64,000 bases of DNA from Histomonas meleagridis 2922-C6/04-290x (Eukaryota; Protista; Parabasalia), in NCBI GenBank assembly GCA_020184695.1, contig JAANOX010000099.1, positions 248,001 through 312,000 on the forward strand, in the 5' to 3' direction. Position 1 is the stretch's first letter, and the number at the start of each line of letters is the position of its first letter. The translations under genes and the position numbers were made by a program. The notes under the pieces were generated by a model. It saw only the letters and a list, made by a program, of their open reading frames with translations, had not been told where the DNA came from and made no database searches. This document shows, piece after piece, positions 10,488 through 22,859 of this stretch.

Positions 10488-11954
10488 TCATATTGGCAAT
10501 TTAATTCTCTTTTCCTTTGTCTTAAACAGTTCCTTTCCGTAGTACAGGAGTGGCCTTGGCGGTCCCTGGTTCCATCTGCTCCACCAAATCCTTGTTGCGG
10601 TACAGTTCGGGCATTCCGTTCCATATATCCACGGGGCGAAATACAAATAGCACAGCACGCACAGTATGATCAGCGTCATGCAAACGAAGCCTCTCACAGA
10701 TCTCAATCTAAACATTCGATCGATCAAAGCGGACAAATTCATCGAAGCGAACATCAAAGGAATTAAATAATGATAATGAAACATTGTTCTTGGAACGCCC
10801 AAAAACGGAATATATGAAACAGCCCATGAAAGCATGAACAACAAGTTCTGCCATCCAGCTCTCTTGAACAACAGCGACGGAAATGTTATCACCATTCCGA
10901 AGAATGTTGTCCAATATATTAATGGAGATCCCATGCAACAAATGCGTCGATTCGGCTTCGAATAGAAGGAAACGTATTTGTCGCCAAGATAAGGCCAATA
11001 TTTGGGGTTAGACTCCCACGGATGAGGAATCTTGCTTCGCATGTTTATGCCGTTCATGACAATGTTCCAACGGATAAACCGTAGCAAATATGAAGATCGG
11101 GAAACTCGATTCCCCCAATAATATGTGTTGATCTTCTTCGGATCAGCAATGGTGTGGGAATCTTCTTTCTTGATGTAGTAGCCGTGATGGCCGGAAATGG
11201 GAGTGATCGCAAAATGGATTAACCAAGAAAGATATGTAATTAAAAAGGCAGGCATAAGAATGGCAATGGCACGGATAATGATTTCGAAAAGTGTGGGCTT
11301 TGCCATAAAAATCCAAATTATTTGTGATATGCCATCAACTGCAATGAGGCCAAGAGCTGTAAATTTGCAAGAACCGGCCATCCCAAGTGTAATACCAGCT
11401 AAAATAGCAAGTACAGTCCCTCCACGTCGAATAAATAATGAAAAACAAAAGAAATGTAACGCACAATAAAAATGAAGAACACCATCTGAGAGAATAAACT
11501 TGCTCTCAACTATCATGGAGGTGTCAAGGGCTACAAATAATGACGCTACTAATGAGGAAAATGGTGTAATGTAAAGTAACCTACAAGAACAATATATTAA
11601 TGGTGCGCAAAAAGCAGAAAAAATGGCTGGAACCATCCTAATAATAACATAAACTGTTTCCGTGGTGGAGTATTGTCGGCCTAGTCGATCAAAATGTTCA
11701 ATTTCGGTGCCTTTGTAACCTTGAAGATAGGTTAGAAGAGAAATGGTCATTTTTGCAAGAGGTGGATGGATGTCAAAATGAAAGAGATGTTGAATGTACC
11801 ATTTCGTAAAATTTCCAAAATGGACTTCATCAAAAATGATGCAATCTGGATAAGAAATTGTCCAAAGCCTTGTGTAGAGAGAGACAATTCCAACAATTAG
11901 TACAAATATCACATCAATTGCCAAGAATGCCGAGTTTTGATCTTTTTCTCTCAT
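10488..11954 (-). CDS. Dolichyl-phosphate-mannose:protein O-mannosyltransferase (PMT family)
   Basis: Hallmark FDEVHFG...FDIHPPL loop-1 motif, multiple TM helices, and C-terminal YHYLIP and PWIYG motifs. Confidence 0.9.
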   Translation of the reverse strand: MREKDQNSAFLAIDVIFVLIVGIVSLYTRLWTISYPDCIIFDEVHFGNFTKWYIQHLFHFDIHPPLAKMTISLLTYLQGYKGTEIEHFDRLGRQYSTTETVYVIIRMVPAIFSAFCAPLIYCSCRLLYITPFSSLVASLFVALDTSMIVESKFILSDGVLHFYCALHFFCFSLFIRRGGTVLAILAGITLGMAGSCKFTALGLIAVDGISQIIWIFMAKPTLFEIIIRAIAILMPAFLITYLSWLIHFAITPISGHHGYYIKKEDSHTIADPKKINTYYWGNRVSRSSYLLRFIRWNIVMNGINMRSKIPHPWESNPKYWPYLGDKYVSFYSKPNRRICCMGSPLIYWTTFFGMVITFPSLLFKRAGWQNLLFMLSWAVSYIPFLGVPRTMFHYHYLIPLMFASMNLSALIDRMFRLRSVRGFVCMTLIILCVLCYLYFAPWIYGTECPNCTATRIWWSRWNQGPPRPLLYYGKELFKTKEKRIKLPI

Positions 11955-12721
11955 TAAACAACGATCAATTTTTATTCATTTTTTGAAAACCACACAAAAA
12001 TTCAAAAGTTAGTAAATTGTTTGTTTGTTGCTTGTTCGCTAGATATTGTTTCTCAGTGCCAAGGTTAGTTCATTAAAATATTAATGATAACAAATTAGAC
12101 CAAAATGCACAATTGATCAAGTGCAGACCAAAATAACCAAATTTATTTTAAAATCACTAATCGAAACAAATAAATGGGGTTTATTTTCTCTTTCTTTTTA
12201 TACAAAACAAAGTAAAATTACTTAACCAAGGTTGTGATGTAATTATATTTATTTTGTCTTGAATCTGTAAACATTGATATATTCATATTTTTTTTTAACG
12301 TCATATAATATTTGAAATTAACAGGGATAATATTTATATATTTTGTTTCATCATGTTACATTTTGTTTCACCTGGTACTTTTTGATATGACACAAAATGG
12401 TTCTATTTCTGTAATTTAAATTGTTGTATATTTGATTTATATCTATTTTTTTCCATTTATTTTTTTGTCATTTCCACAATATCAAAAGATTTTAATATAA
12501 TGATATTGTATTTGCATGCAAACTTCAAATGTTTTTTTTATTGGAATAAATTCAAATAAAATTAAAAAATATAAACCAAAAAAAAAATTGTTTATATTGC
12601 CATGAATGTTCTTCATTTCAATGAATATATTTGTTTTATAAATACTATATTTTATGTGTTTTTCATGGAAAATTCACTTGAATTTACTGATATAAAATCA
12701 TTTATATATTATTGAATTTCT

Positions 12722-15473
12722 TTAAATCGGATCAATAATCGAAATATTTAAATGAGGCACAGTCTCCAGTGATTCTTTTTCTTTTTTATACTTTCGACAC
12801 AAATAAATAAATAGCACGTAACTACCTATGAACAACAAAACTACAACTCCTATACATATAAGTAAAGTATCAATCCAAGTCCAATTCGTCTCGTGATATC
12901 TATGTACATTACATTTTCTTGTTAAATCGTCATTAAGTGTGATATTTATTCCTTTCCAGTAACCTGTGCCGTTGGAACCACTTGTATAATTACCATAATA
13001 TATATCATAGTATAAGCAAATACTTAAGTTTTCTTTAGTTGTAGTTGAAAATATATTTTCATTAAATGTTTTTGGTGGAGAAGATGGTAAATATATAATC
13101 GTTAAGCGTTTACAATTCTCAAATATTTTTGTCGCATTTTCTGATACTTCTAATAAATTTGGAAGATTAATTATTTCTAAGTTAATACACCCTGAAAAAT
13201 GTCCATCTCCATCTAATTCATTAATATTCAATTCAATGCTTTTTAATGATGTACAATCTTTAAAACAATATGATGGAAGTGTAGTAACGCTATATAAATT
13301 AACATCAATCAAATCAAAGCAACCTGAAAACATATATTCGACAAGTTTTGTTGTTTTAGAGATATTAATTACGACTAATGATGTGCAATTCTGAAATGTA
13401 TTTCGACCATAGAATTCTTCTATTGATGGTAATTTTATTGTTTCGAGTGATGAACAATATGCAAATTCATAACCTGAATCAGATTCAATCATTGTTTCAA
13501 AGTTTGGCATATTAATGTTTCGTAAATTTGTGCAATTATAAAATAAATAACTTTTCGTAATTTTTAATTTTCTTAATGAAACTTCTTCAAGACTTTGCAT
13601 GTGCGCAAATAAAAATCTTGGTGAACTTTCAAGTGAATTCATGTGAATGATTTTTAATGACTTACAATATTTAGCAATCGGTCCTTCGTTTACATTCGTG
13701 ATATTATTTAAATTTAATTCATAAATCGAACTACAATTATAAAATGCTGTATTAATAATATTTCGAACTTTTGGTAAATTTATTATTTTAATATTATAAC
13801 AAAGAATTAAAAAATTATTACCAATAGTTTCAAGTGCTGGGAATGAAATATTTTTTATTAAATTAAAATAATAAAATAATTCTGAGTCAAAATATTTTAA
13901 TTTTGGTAATGAAACTTCAATTAAATTACTACAATTATAAAAATGTATTTTTACCATTATTTTTTACGTTTGTTTATGAAATACTTCGAATTTGTTGATA
14001 ATCTTTTAAAAAATAATCACCAATTGAGATGACTTCGGGAAAATTAGTATTTTCAACTTTGTCACATGCTTTCGTAAATGAATTAGATCCAATATATTTT
14101 TAATTTTAAAAATTCAAAATGATTCATATTAACATTAGATATAAAATAATCATTTACTTGAACTAAATTTGGTAAATTCATGATCTCTAAATTTGGACAT
14201 TCTTCAAATGGCGAATCTCCAATCGTAATTAATGAAGGAAATGTAACATTAATCAAATTAAAATTATATGAAAATGAATAATCACCACAACTTTCAAGAT
14301 TAGGAAAAATATAATTCTTCAATATAACCAAATGAACAAAACGAATAATTTCCACATGATTTGAAAGATTTGGTAATGAAATACCAAATACAAGCGTATT
14401 ACAAAACGCAAAATTTCCAACATATTCACAATAATCAAATGTTAAATCATCAGAACAAACACAACCTGAAAATGCGTAATCATCAATTTCTTTGATTTTA
14501 AGTTGTTCAAAAGTATTCTCACCGAAAAAATATTGTTCAAATGAATGTTTTCCAATAGAAACAACTTTTGGAATATATATATGTAACGTGTTTGATAAAT
14601 TAGCAAACATATAATCTGGAACACGAATTGCATTGGGTAAAGAAATATTGATTAGCCTAGAACATTCAACAAGAAAAGGTCCGCCAACATTTATAATTGA
14701 AGGTAATTCGAGGGTTCTGAGATTGTATGCATAATTGAACGCTCCTTCACAAATGTATTCAACTTTTGTGATGTTTACATCGACTAAGCTGAAGCAATGC
14801 AAAAAAGCATAAGCACCAATCGTAGTAACATTTGGTAAATAAGCAGTTTCCATGTTTCCGCATGAAGAAAAACATATATGGAGAAACTTCGCTGAGAAAT
14901 GGAAAACTTATTGTTGTGAGTGGACAATATTCAAAAGCGTTAGATCCACAATTTTTGAGTAGAAGAAAACTAACACTCTTTAGAGCTGCACAGCAAGTTT
15001 TTACACATTCGAAACGTATACTCACCAATACAAGCCAACGTAGGAGCTTCAACAGCAACCAGGTTATTACAATATGAAAACATATTTGTATTAAATTGGG
15101 AAATGTTTGCAAAAAAAATATATTTCAAATGCTCAAAATTCTCGAAATTCAAATAGGAATCACGTTTTATTGTAATACCCAAATAAATATTTTCTATTTG
15201 TATTAACATTGGGATAATCAAAAATAAGTCATATGAATCAAAATTAACATCACTAGAAATAGTAAGATTATGAATCATTTCCCACTGATTATTATCGACT
15301 TCATTGAAAATATATTCGCCATTAACGATTTCAACATCTGAAAAATTTGTCGAATTATCAATGTTTAATGCTTCATGATATGCTTGATTCAAACTTTCTG
15401 CTGTAATGTGAATTTTTTTATCGATTATGATTTCTAATAATGCACAAGAAAGATAAGGAAACAAGAAAATCAT
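12722..15473 (-). pseudogene. BspA-like LRR_5 surface protein, split by frameshifts (pseudogene or sequencing indels)
   Basis: Four overlapping ORFs with LPNVTTIGAYAFLHCFSL-type repeats, a signal-like N-terminus (MIFLFPYLSCALLE) and a C-terminal TM followed by RKYKK. Confidence 0.8.
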
Positions 15474-16003
15474 AAACTTTCTATCGTTTAGTTTATTGAT
15501 TGAAAAATTGAGAGCTCCGACCCCAACCGTAAAAAACGAAAACCTAACAAAGGGTGACAAATATTGTCATACGATCAAATATCATTCATTTGAAATGAAC
15601 GATAACTTTTAGGTCAAATCGTTAAAAATTTTGGAACAAAATCGATTCAAATGACCTTATTACATTTCCATTTTTGAATATAAAAATTAGACGATAATTG
15701 TGTCAAAAACGCCTAGTTAAGGCTAACGATGGAAAAAGTTGATTCAGAGCAAAAAGCTGTTTCTATATTTGATGATCTGTCTGATCTATGCATTCCATGC
15801 AATTCCATGGAATTGCAAGTTTGTTATGATAGATTTAACATAAAAAAATAGGAAGCATTGATTACAAAAAGTTCAATCTTCCAAAATAAATATGAAAGAT
15901 TTGTTATTTGGATCATAAAAAAAAATTTCATAATATTTTGTTCAACATAATAGAGAACACACAATTCATTGTGTTTGAACTTAAAAATTACTTTAGTGAT
16001 ATC

Positions 16004-16870
16004 CATGGAACAAGAAATTGGATTTCAGTTGAACAATTTGAAGTTGATATTTCAATCTCATAAGCAATATTATTAAATGAAAATACGGAAAAAGGTACAG
16101 AGAATGTTACATTGACACAATTAACTCGTTGGCAAAAGAAATTTTTCCAATCTATTTTACGTGCTCGAGTAAATTACATAATGCGCATTAGTATACCATT
16201 TATTCTTTTATATACTTTAACAAATTAAAATGGAAAATTTCATTATTACAACATATAGAACACTATCCGAATCAATTCTTGAAGGATATTCAGAATTTGA
16301 GTTCGCAAAACATCTTATGACTCAATCAGGTTCATATAGAAAAGCATTAAACATATTTAAGAACATATTTTTCTTTAATAAAAATAAAGTTACAATATAT
16401 TCATCATATTTGTACATGATGCATTAATCGCTTCTACCAAATCAAGTCAATCATATATAACAAATGGATCTAAAATCGCATTATACAAAATCAAATTAAA
16501 TGGAATTATGATCGAATATGAAATTGAAGAAATTCCAATTGTTTGGAAATAATTGGACTTTTAAGTAATCATGTTAAAACTAATGGTTCAAATAAAAACA
16601 TCAAAATTGACGTAAAAGATCAAAAGTTAATTGAAATGTTACAAACAACACAGATAATGGTAACAAAATCAACGAAAACAAAAATTTATATGAAGATGTT
16701 GAATATAATTTCTAACAAATCTCAATTTCATTTTTTCTATTATTACCTTCACGTTGTATATCGCAAACATCAATCGACAAATGTTCCTAATTATTTACAA
16801 GAAATTCTTCATTATATTTGGTACCAAGCTTTTTAATTTATTCAAATTATTCACAATGAATCAAATGAAA
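16004..16870 (+). pseudogene. Degenerate coding remnant of unknown family
   Basis: Chain of short ORFs (16230-16427, 16543-16836) broken by stops. No recognisable domain. Confidence 0.25.
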
Positions 16871-16915
16871 TGAAAAATCCACGAGCGACCGTTTGAATAA
16901 AATTCAAAATATCAT

Positions 16916-17061
16916 ATCATATATTTCATGTGTGCATATCATATATTTCATATGTGCATATCATATATTTCATATGTGCATATCATATATTTCATATGTG
17001 CATATCATATATTTCATATGTGCATATCATATATTTCATATGTGCATATCATATATTTCAT
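16916..17061. repeat. 22-bp minisatellite ATCATATATTTCATATGTGCAT, about 6.6 copies
   Basis: Core recurs at 16921, 16943, 16965, 16987, 17009, 17031 and 17053. Confidence 0.95.
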
Positions 17062-17360
17062 GTATAAAAATGTTATTTCATTGTTAGTATGTTGCTAACG
17101 TGTATATCATGCTTATTATGAATAAAGTCACATTTTAAAACAAAATACAAATGATTCAATGATAAAACGATAGGTATCGTTAATTGAAAAATGAATTCAT
17201 TCAATTTATTTTGTCATGACATTAAGAAATTTCAGAAACATTCAAAATTCATAGTTATCGTTTATTGAAAATTGAGTTTATTGAAAAATTGAAAAGTTTC
17301 CTCTGAATTGAGGAAGCCACGCTCGGCACCCCCTAATTTTGGTTATATTTGTACACCAGC

Positions 17361-18270
17361 TGTACGGAAATTCTCAAAAATCATTCAATCTCTGAGTAAA
17401 CTATTGAACTAAAATATCCGAATGCAAAAAAGATCAAAATTTGCCCTCTTTGGCTAGAAGCTACCGTCAAGACAATCCAGCAAAGGAGAACAACGCCTTA
17501 TCGTACACGCGACCGTTAAAGCCCGAAGAACCCTATCGTTGCCGATATGAAGCATCGAATCCAGACTTAATTCGGCATACTGATCTCATAATTATAACGG
17601 TTAATATTTAATATCTTATATAGATGATTATTCTCGTTACGTTGTTTATTGTGACGCAATCTTCAACGAATTCTAAGCAACTACAAAAAAGTGCCTCGAA
17701 TTAGCAATTCAATCTTGTGGCAACCGTCCATTTTCTGTGTGGACCGATAATGGTGAGGAATTCAAAGGAGATTTTAAGAAATTCCTCGAAGAAAATGGAA
17801 TTAAACAAGTTGCATCAGAAGTCAAAAACCCACAGCAAAATGGGAAATGTAAAAGATTTTGGGGTACAGCAGAAAAATGCAAAAATATTGAAGAACTTAG
17901 AAATTGGAAACATTTTACAACAACACAGCTCATTGTGGACTGCCCCAAAAAACCGTCAATGATAGATAGACGTAGGAAACACCTCATCAAAGGTATTTCT
18001 ATGGCGTTAAATGGAATCCTACAATCTCTCCTACATGGAAAGTCGATGGAGTCGTCGAGCCATTTATCCCATATGGAGCAAATTGAGTAAAACACTCAAC
18101 AACAATTTTTTTTTAGTAATTGCGAGCGCCGGGAGCGAGAGCTATTGTGATCGTTTCCCTCGGAAAAAGCCTGGCTTTTTCCGAGGGAAACGATCACAAC
18201 CGCACTGTAAGTATGCGGGAAATTGAATAGTTTACTATGTAATTGAAAGATTTTTGAGAATTTTCGTACA
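17361..18270 (+). mobile_element. IS481-like (IS481EU-type) DDE transposon, degenerate, 910 bp
   Basis: About 50-bp imperfect TIRs (TGTACGGAAATTCTCAAAAATC... / ...GATTTTTGAGAATTTTCGTACA) with TGT..ACA ends. Internal broken rve integrase: RYEASNPDLI.HTD, IDDYSRY, TDNGEEF, NPQQNGKC.RF. Confidence 0.8.
18145..18199. other. Perfect 27-bp-arm inverted repeat with a 1-nt spacer inside the IS481-like element
   Basis: TTGTGATCGTTTCCCTCGGAAAAAGCC-T-GGCTTTTTCCGAGGGAAACGATCACAA. Confidence 0.95.
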
Positions 18271-18313
18271 GGACATAAATTTTTATAAAACTAAGTTCAA
18301 TTTTTTTCTGAAA

Positions 18314-18643
18314 TTAATTTTTTATACTGCTCTTTAGTAAGACATATATATGATTATTTTGTAAAGCACAAACTATTCCTTGATTTATTGCATAAGCTAT
18401 ATCATCTTGCTTATTATATTTTTCAAAATTATATGGCATTCGAAATAAACTCCAAGTACTAAAATATTTTTCTTCAACATTCTTTATAAAATTTCTTGCA
18501 ATATTAACGCTAAATTTCTTATGAGCTTTATTTTTGGTGTTATATTTTGAACCTAAATATGAAAATTTTTCTTCTGGCTCAAATAAATGAACATTAGTTC
18601 TAAAGATTAGTGAAAGAGTAATGATACTATACATTAATTTCAT
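18314..18643 (-). pseudogene. Gene fragment, possibly from the ankyrin/DUF3447 family
   Basis: 109-aa ORF with weak similarity (GIVCALQNNHIYVLL), next to the IS481-like element. Confidence 0.25.
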
Positions 18644-19833
18644 GGCAATTGTATTTCCCAGATACTGTAAAAATTCAAGTAATCCGATAAAGAAATTAAT
18701 GAGTATTAGCTAAAAATAAATCTTATTTTTCGGTTGATTTGACATAATTTAAAAATAAGCTTAATTTTATAAATAATTAATTTTTTCAATTTCTATGAAA
18801 TAGAATGAGTTGGATTAATTGTGTTTGCGATTGCGATTACGAGATTTTTACAATTTTTTTTTATCATATAAGAAGAAAATCAAATAAAAGAATCATTAGT
18901 GAACATGTCGATGAAACACGAGGCTGATACGTTCAATGTCGCTTGGACGGCAGAAAATATCTTGAACATAGAATAATAGCAGTACAGTTCATAGAAAACG
19001 ACGAACCGGAAATTGCTTTTCGATTACTACAGTATCAATATATAGATTAATCAATCTGCATTTTTCGATAGCATTTTTAGCTTAGTATATCGATAACGTC
19101 AAAAGTAATAATGATACAAGATTTTTAACTCCAATATCGATTGATCGTATCGGTATTTTTATAAGAATAAGAAAAATTTATTTTTCATTTTATTTTTGTG
19201 GCATAAAGTGTATAATTAAACATGTGTTATTTTCCAATTGCCTGTTACTTCAAGCATTCCTTTCATTGCATATTTCCGAATCATGCACTTCTCTACAGCT
19301 TTCCACATTTTAACGATCGACATGACATAAATTCTTTCTTTATTCGGAAAATATTCTTCAACAAACGAATTGATATCTTCCGATTCTTCAACTTCTTTTC
19401 GAATCCTTCTAATTTCATCTTGCAATCTTTCTTCCGGTTCTTTTTTTCTATCTTGTTTAGCATAGGAAATATTCCAAAATTCCCGAAAAAGTAGGTCGAA
19501 ATCTCATCGAATTTGGAAAGATTGAACAGTCAGAATTTCATGACGAGGGTATTTTTGCAATCTACTGCCGATGCCATTATTAACATAAAATTATTGTTGA
19601 AAAGATATCGCATGATTTGAAGTTTGAGGAACTCTCTGAGAACACTCATTCATACAATTGTTATTCTTCGTATATTTATTGATTTCTTATCTGAAAATTC
19701 TTTTTTTATTATTTTGATACGACCGTTTACATGTGGAATGAATGAGGTATCGTTATTTGTTGAATTGTCGTATTTTTCAAAAAAAAAAAAAAATCATATC
19801 ATTTTAATAATAATAACAAAAAAAAATTATGAT

Positions 19834-20030
19834 TTATTTAATATCATTTCCTTTGTATTCACGTAGTAATTTAACTATTTCTGTATAGCCTTTCCAAGAT
19901 GCTCTAATAAGTGCTGTATAAAATAATTTGAATAATTTCCAATTATTATTTTGAGATATAAAATTATTAAAATAAATATTAAACAAAACAATTCAATATC
20001 TTTATGATTTACATCAATTCCAAGTAGAAT
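19834..20030 (-). pseudogene. Orphan ankyrin fragment carrying one 80-nt spacer
   Basis: Reads GIDVNHKD | 80 nt (19918-19997) | TALIRASWKGYTEIVKLL. Confidence 0.8.
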
Positions 20031-20346
20031 CAATTGGAGATGCAGCATTTTGTGAGTGTTCTGCATTGGAATCAATTTCTATTGGAGAAAATGTAAATTT
20101 TATTGGTGATTACGCATTTTATCGATGCAATACCCTTAATTGTTTTAATTTTTATGGTGGAACATCAAAATAATACATTTGGTCAGTTAGAAATCTTTAC
20201 TTCATCAGTAGAAGGATGTACCCCTCCACCAACATTAAAATTTACAGGGTCAAATACATATTCTTTAACATCTACATTTGATCCATCATCTACGTTTAAT
20301 CCGTTGATGACATTTGATCCAACACATACATTTCCTGCGTAAAGTA

Positions 20347-21623
20347 TAGGGGTGGAAAAAGTCCGTTCGTCAGCTTTTTTTTGATTTATATTGAATATTA
20401 ATGAAATCAAATTATATAAATAAAATTTATAATAAATATATTATCATTATTATTATAATACTTTTTTCCAAATAAATATGATGCATGAAGTAAATAACTT
20501 TTTTTCAGGATACCTCTGAAGAAGAACGTTTAATCATTTTAATGTCAGTTCCAATTGAGGAATTACGTTCTGTTGTCCATTTCCTTTGGTTAGAATCAAA
20601 TGAAAATCAAGACATATATAGACGATTATGTGCTGTATATGGTGATAATATTATTACACTTCGAACAGTTCAGAAATTAACAAAAAAGATGATGAATGAA
20701 CATACCTTTTCAATTTTCGAACAGAAAAAAACAGGGAGACCAAGAAGATCAGATTTAGATCAAAGAATAACCAGTTTTATATTAGGTTATCCATATGCAT
20801 CGACGAAGAAAATTGCGAAGAATGTAGGCGCAGATCCAAAAACAGTGAAAAATATAATGATTAATATTTTAGGGATGAAAAAAGTTAACTTCAAATGGAT
20901 CCCACATAAGTAGACTCCAGAAATTAAAGCCAAAAGAGCTGCCATTGCTTCTGAATTATTTGAATTCCTTTCTAGTTCAAATGACTACAGACTAAGACAC
21001 ATATTGACGCAAGATGAAACCTGGATTTATTTTGTTAACGGGAGAAACTCGATGTGGAATGAATCTGGAGTGCACAAACCATACAAACCCAAACAAACTA
21101 TTGCCTCCAAAAAAGTAATGATATCTGTTATATGGTCTATAACTGGTATCAAATCAATAACAATGCTCCCGATAGGCCAAAAATTTAATCGAATTTTTTT
21201 TTCTGAGATTGTACTTGGAGATTTGGCAAAAAGAATTTCAACGAAGGGATATTTTTTGCATATGGATAACGCCCGGCCTCATTTGGTTCATGAAAAATTG
21301 AATGAATTGGGAATTAAAAGACTTCCGCAACCTTCGTTTTCGCCAGACCTCGCACCTTCTGACTTTTTTCTGTTTGGATATCTAAAAAAAATGCTCGAAG
21401 GTGAGAAGTTTGAAAATGAAGATCGACTTTTTCAAAAAGTTGAAACATTACTGTATAATATTTATAAAGACACCTTCAGAGCCGTATATAATGAATGGAT
21501 GAACAGACTTTTAATTACAATTGAAACTCAAGGTGAATACATATCATAATAAATAAACAAAATTTCTTTTACTTTTTTATTCATTTAAAAAAAGGCTGAC
21601 GAACGCACTTTTTCCACCACTTA
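20347..21623 (+). mobile_element. Tc1/mariner transposon with TA target-site duplication
   Basis: TIRs TA(G/A)G..GTGGAAAAAGT(C/G)CGTTCGTCAGC at both ends, TA at 20345-20346 and 21624-21625, and an internal transposase. Confidence 0.92.
20542..21549 (+). pseudogene. Mariner transposase with a single in-frame TAG (20911-20913)
   Basis: HTH region, WIPHK*T (equivalent to WVPHEL), TQDETW, HMDNARPH and SPDLAPSDF. ORFs 20542 and 21004 are in the same frame. Confidence 0.9.
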
Positions 21624-22859
21624 TACATTCACTTCTTCAGATGCTTTTACTCCTGCTCAATTGTCATCACATAATATTTCTGATGGTGTTACTATAAGTC
21701 AAAGTTATTCCCAAACATTAATTTATGTTATGACAGTTACACAAACAATAATTTCGTATTCATATTTAACTAATTCAGATACAATTTCTTTTAGCGTTAC
21801 CATATACATACATTTTGTTTCATTATTTGTATTTTATGATTATAAAGTTATTACATACACCACATTCTATAGTTATTATTCAGATTTCTTTACTGTTTTT
21901 TATTTAAATGATAATTATGATTTAAATAATAATAAAATTTCATTAGAATTATTAATTGGAATCATTTGTGGTTCAATTGTTATAATTTTAATAATTATTG
22001 GTACTCTTGGTTGTGTTGTTAAACATGCTAAAGATAAAAGTTCGTCATCGATTTTATATGAATATGAAAAAACTCAAGAGGACAAAAGTAAAATGAATAA
22101 TGCTACGAATGAAGAGCCGGAAACAATAACCGGTTTTTCTGGTGTACAAACTTCACATATCGAAGAAGATCCGTTTGGAACAGATTTCTTAGATAAAGGA
22201 TTCGTTAAAATATAATTTTTATTGAATTAGCATTTGTAGGTAATGCAATTTTTAATTTTTAATAAATATCATGACAAAATTTAATTTTTTCTTATTAGAT
22301 GAAAAACCTAAAGAAAAAAATTCTAATTAAGTTGTAAATATTCAATGATTTGTAAATGTTATTTATATTTGCTAACAGATGATTTATACCTTAACAATAA
22401 AATGAAAATTTTAATGAATTTACAATGAAGATTTTTTAAGTTAAAACCAACCAATTAAATTTATATATGTTGAATTTTAATGATTATGTTTACACTTTAT
22501 AAGTACCTGAACAAATTTGTAAAAGATGAAAATATTATTGAGAGTTAAAAATATATAATCATCTTTATTTATACTTGCAGTAAAGAGTCATGTACTCTTG
22601 AGCCTTTTGCTTGAATGCAGTAGTGTTTGTAGAATATTGTTCCGCAGCTTCTTTATATAATGGAGAATTAGAATTTGGCAAAAAACAAAAATTGTGGGCC
22701 TAAAATTAGTTGATCAATTGATAGCCTTACCCTTCAAACACCACTTTTTTATATGCGAAAATCTTCTCCAATGATTGGAGAAACATCGTTTAAATTGTGT
22801 GAAAATTTATCAAATGTTACGATTGTTGCCAACACTTTTTTTGTTGGAGTTTTTCTTAT

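Larger units (their letters stand above)
20030..22215 (+). pseudogene. BspA-like/ST-rich TM surface protein gene, 5'-truncated and split by a mariner insertion
   Basis: LRR_5 unit IGDAAFCECSALESISIGENVNFIGDYAF and TFxPS repeats precede the element. The frame resumes after it (STFTSSDAFTPAQ...) and leads to a TM and an EEDPF tail. Confidence 0.75.

Noticed and set aside
16893-17087. 64-aa repetitive ORF
   Set aside because: A translation artefact of the 22-bp minisatellite.
20911-20913. Stop-codon reassignment or readthrough (in-frame TAG in the transposase; TAA at 56849)
   Set aside because: Conserved genes use TAA/TGA/TAG as normal terminators and have no internal stops. Isolated nonsense changes explain these cases.
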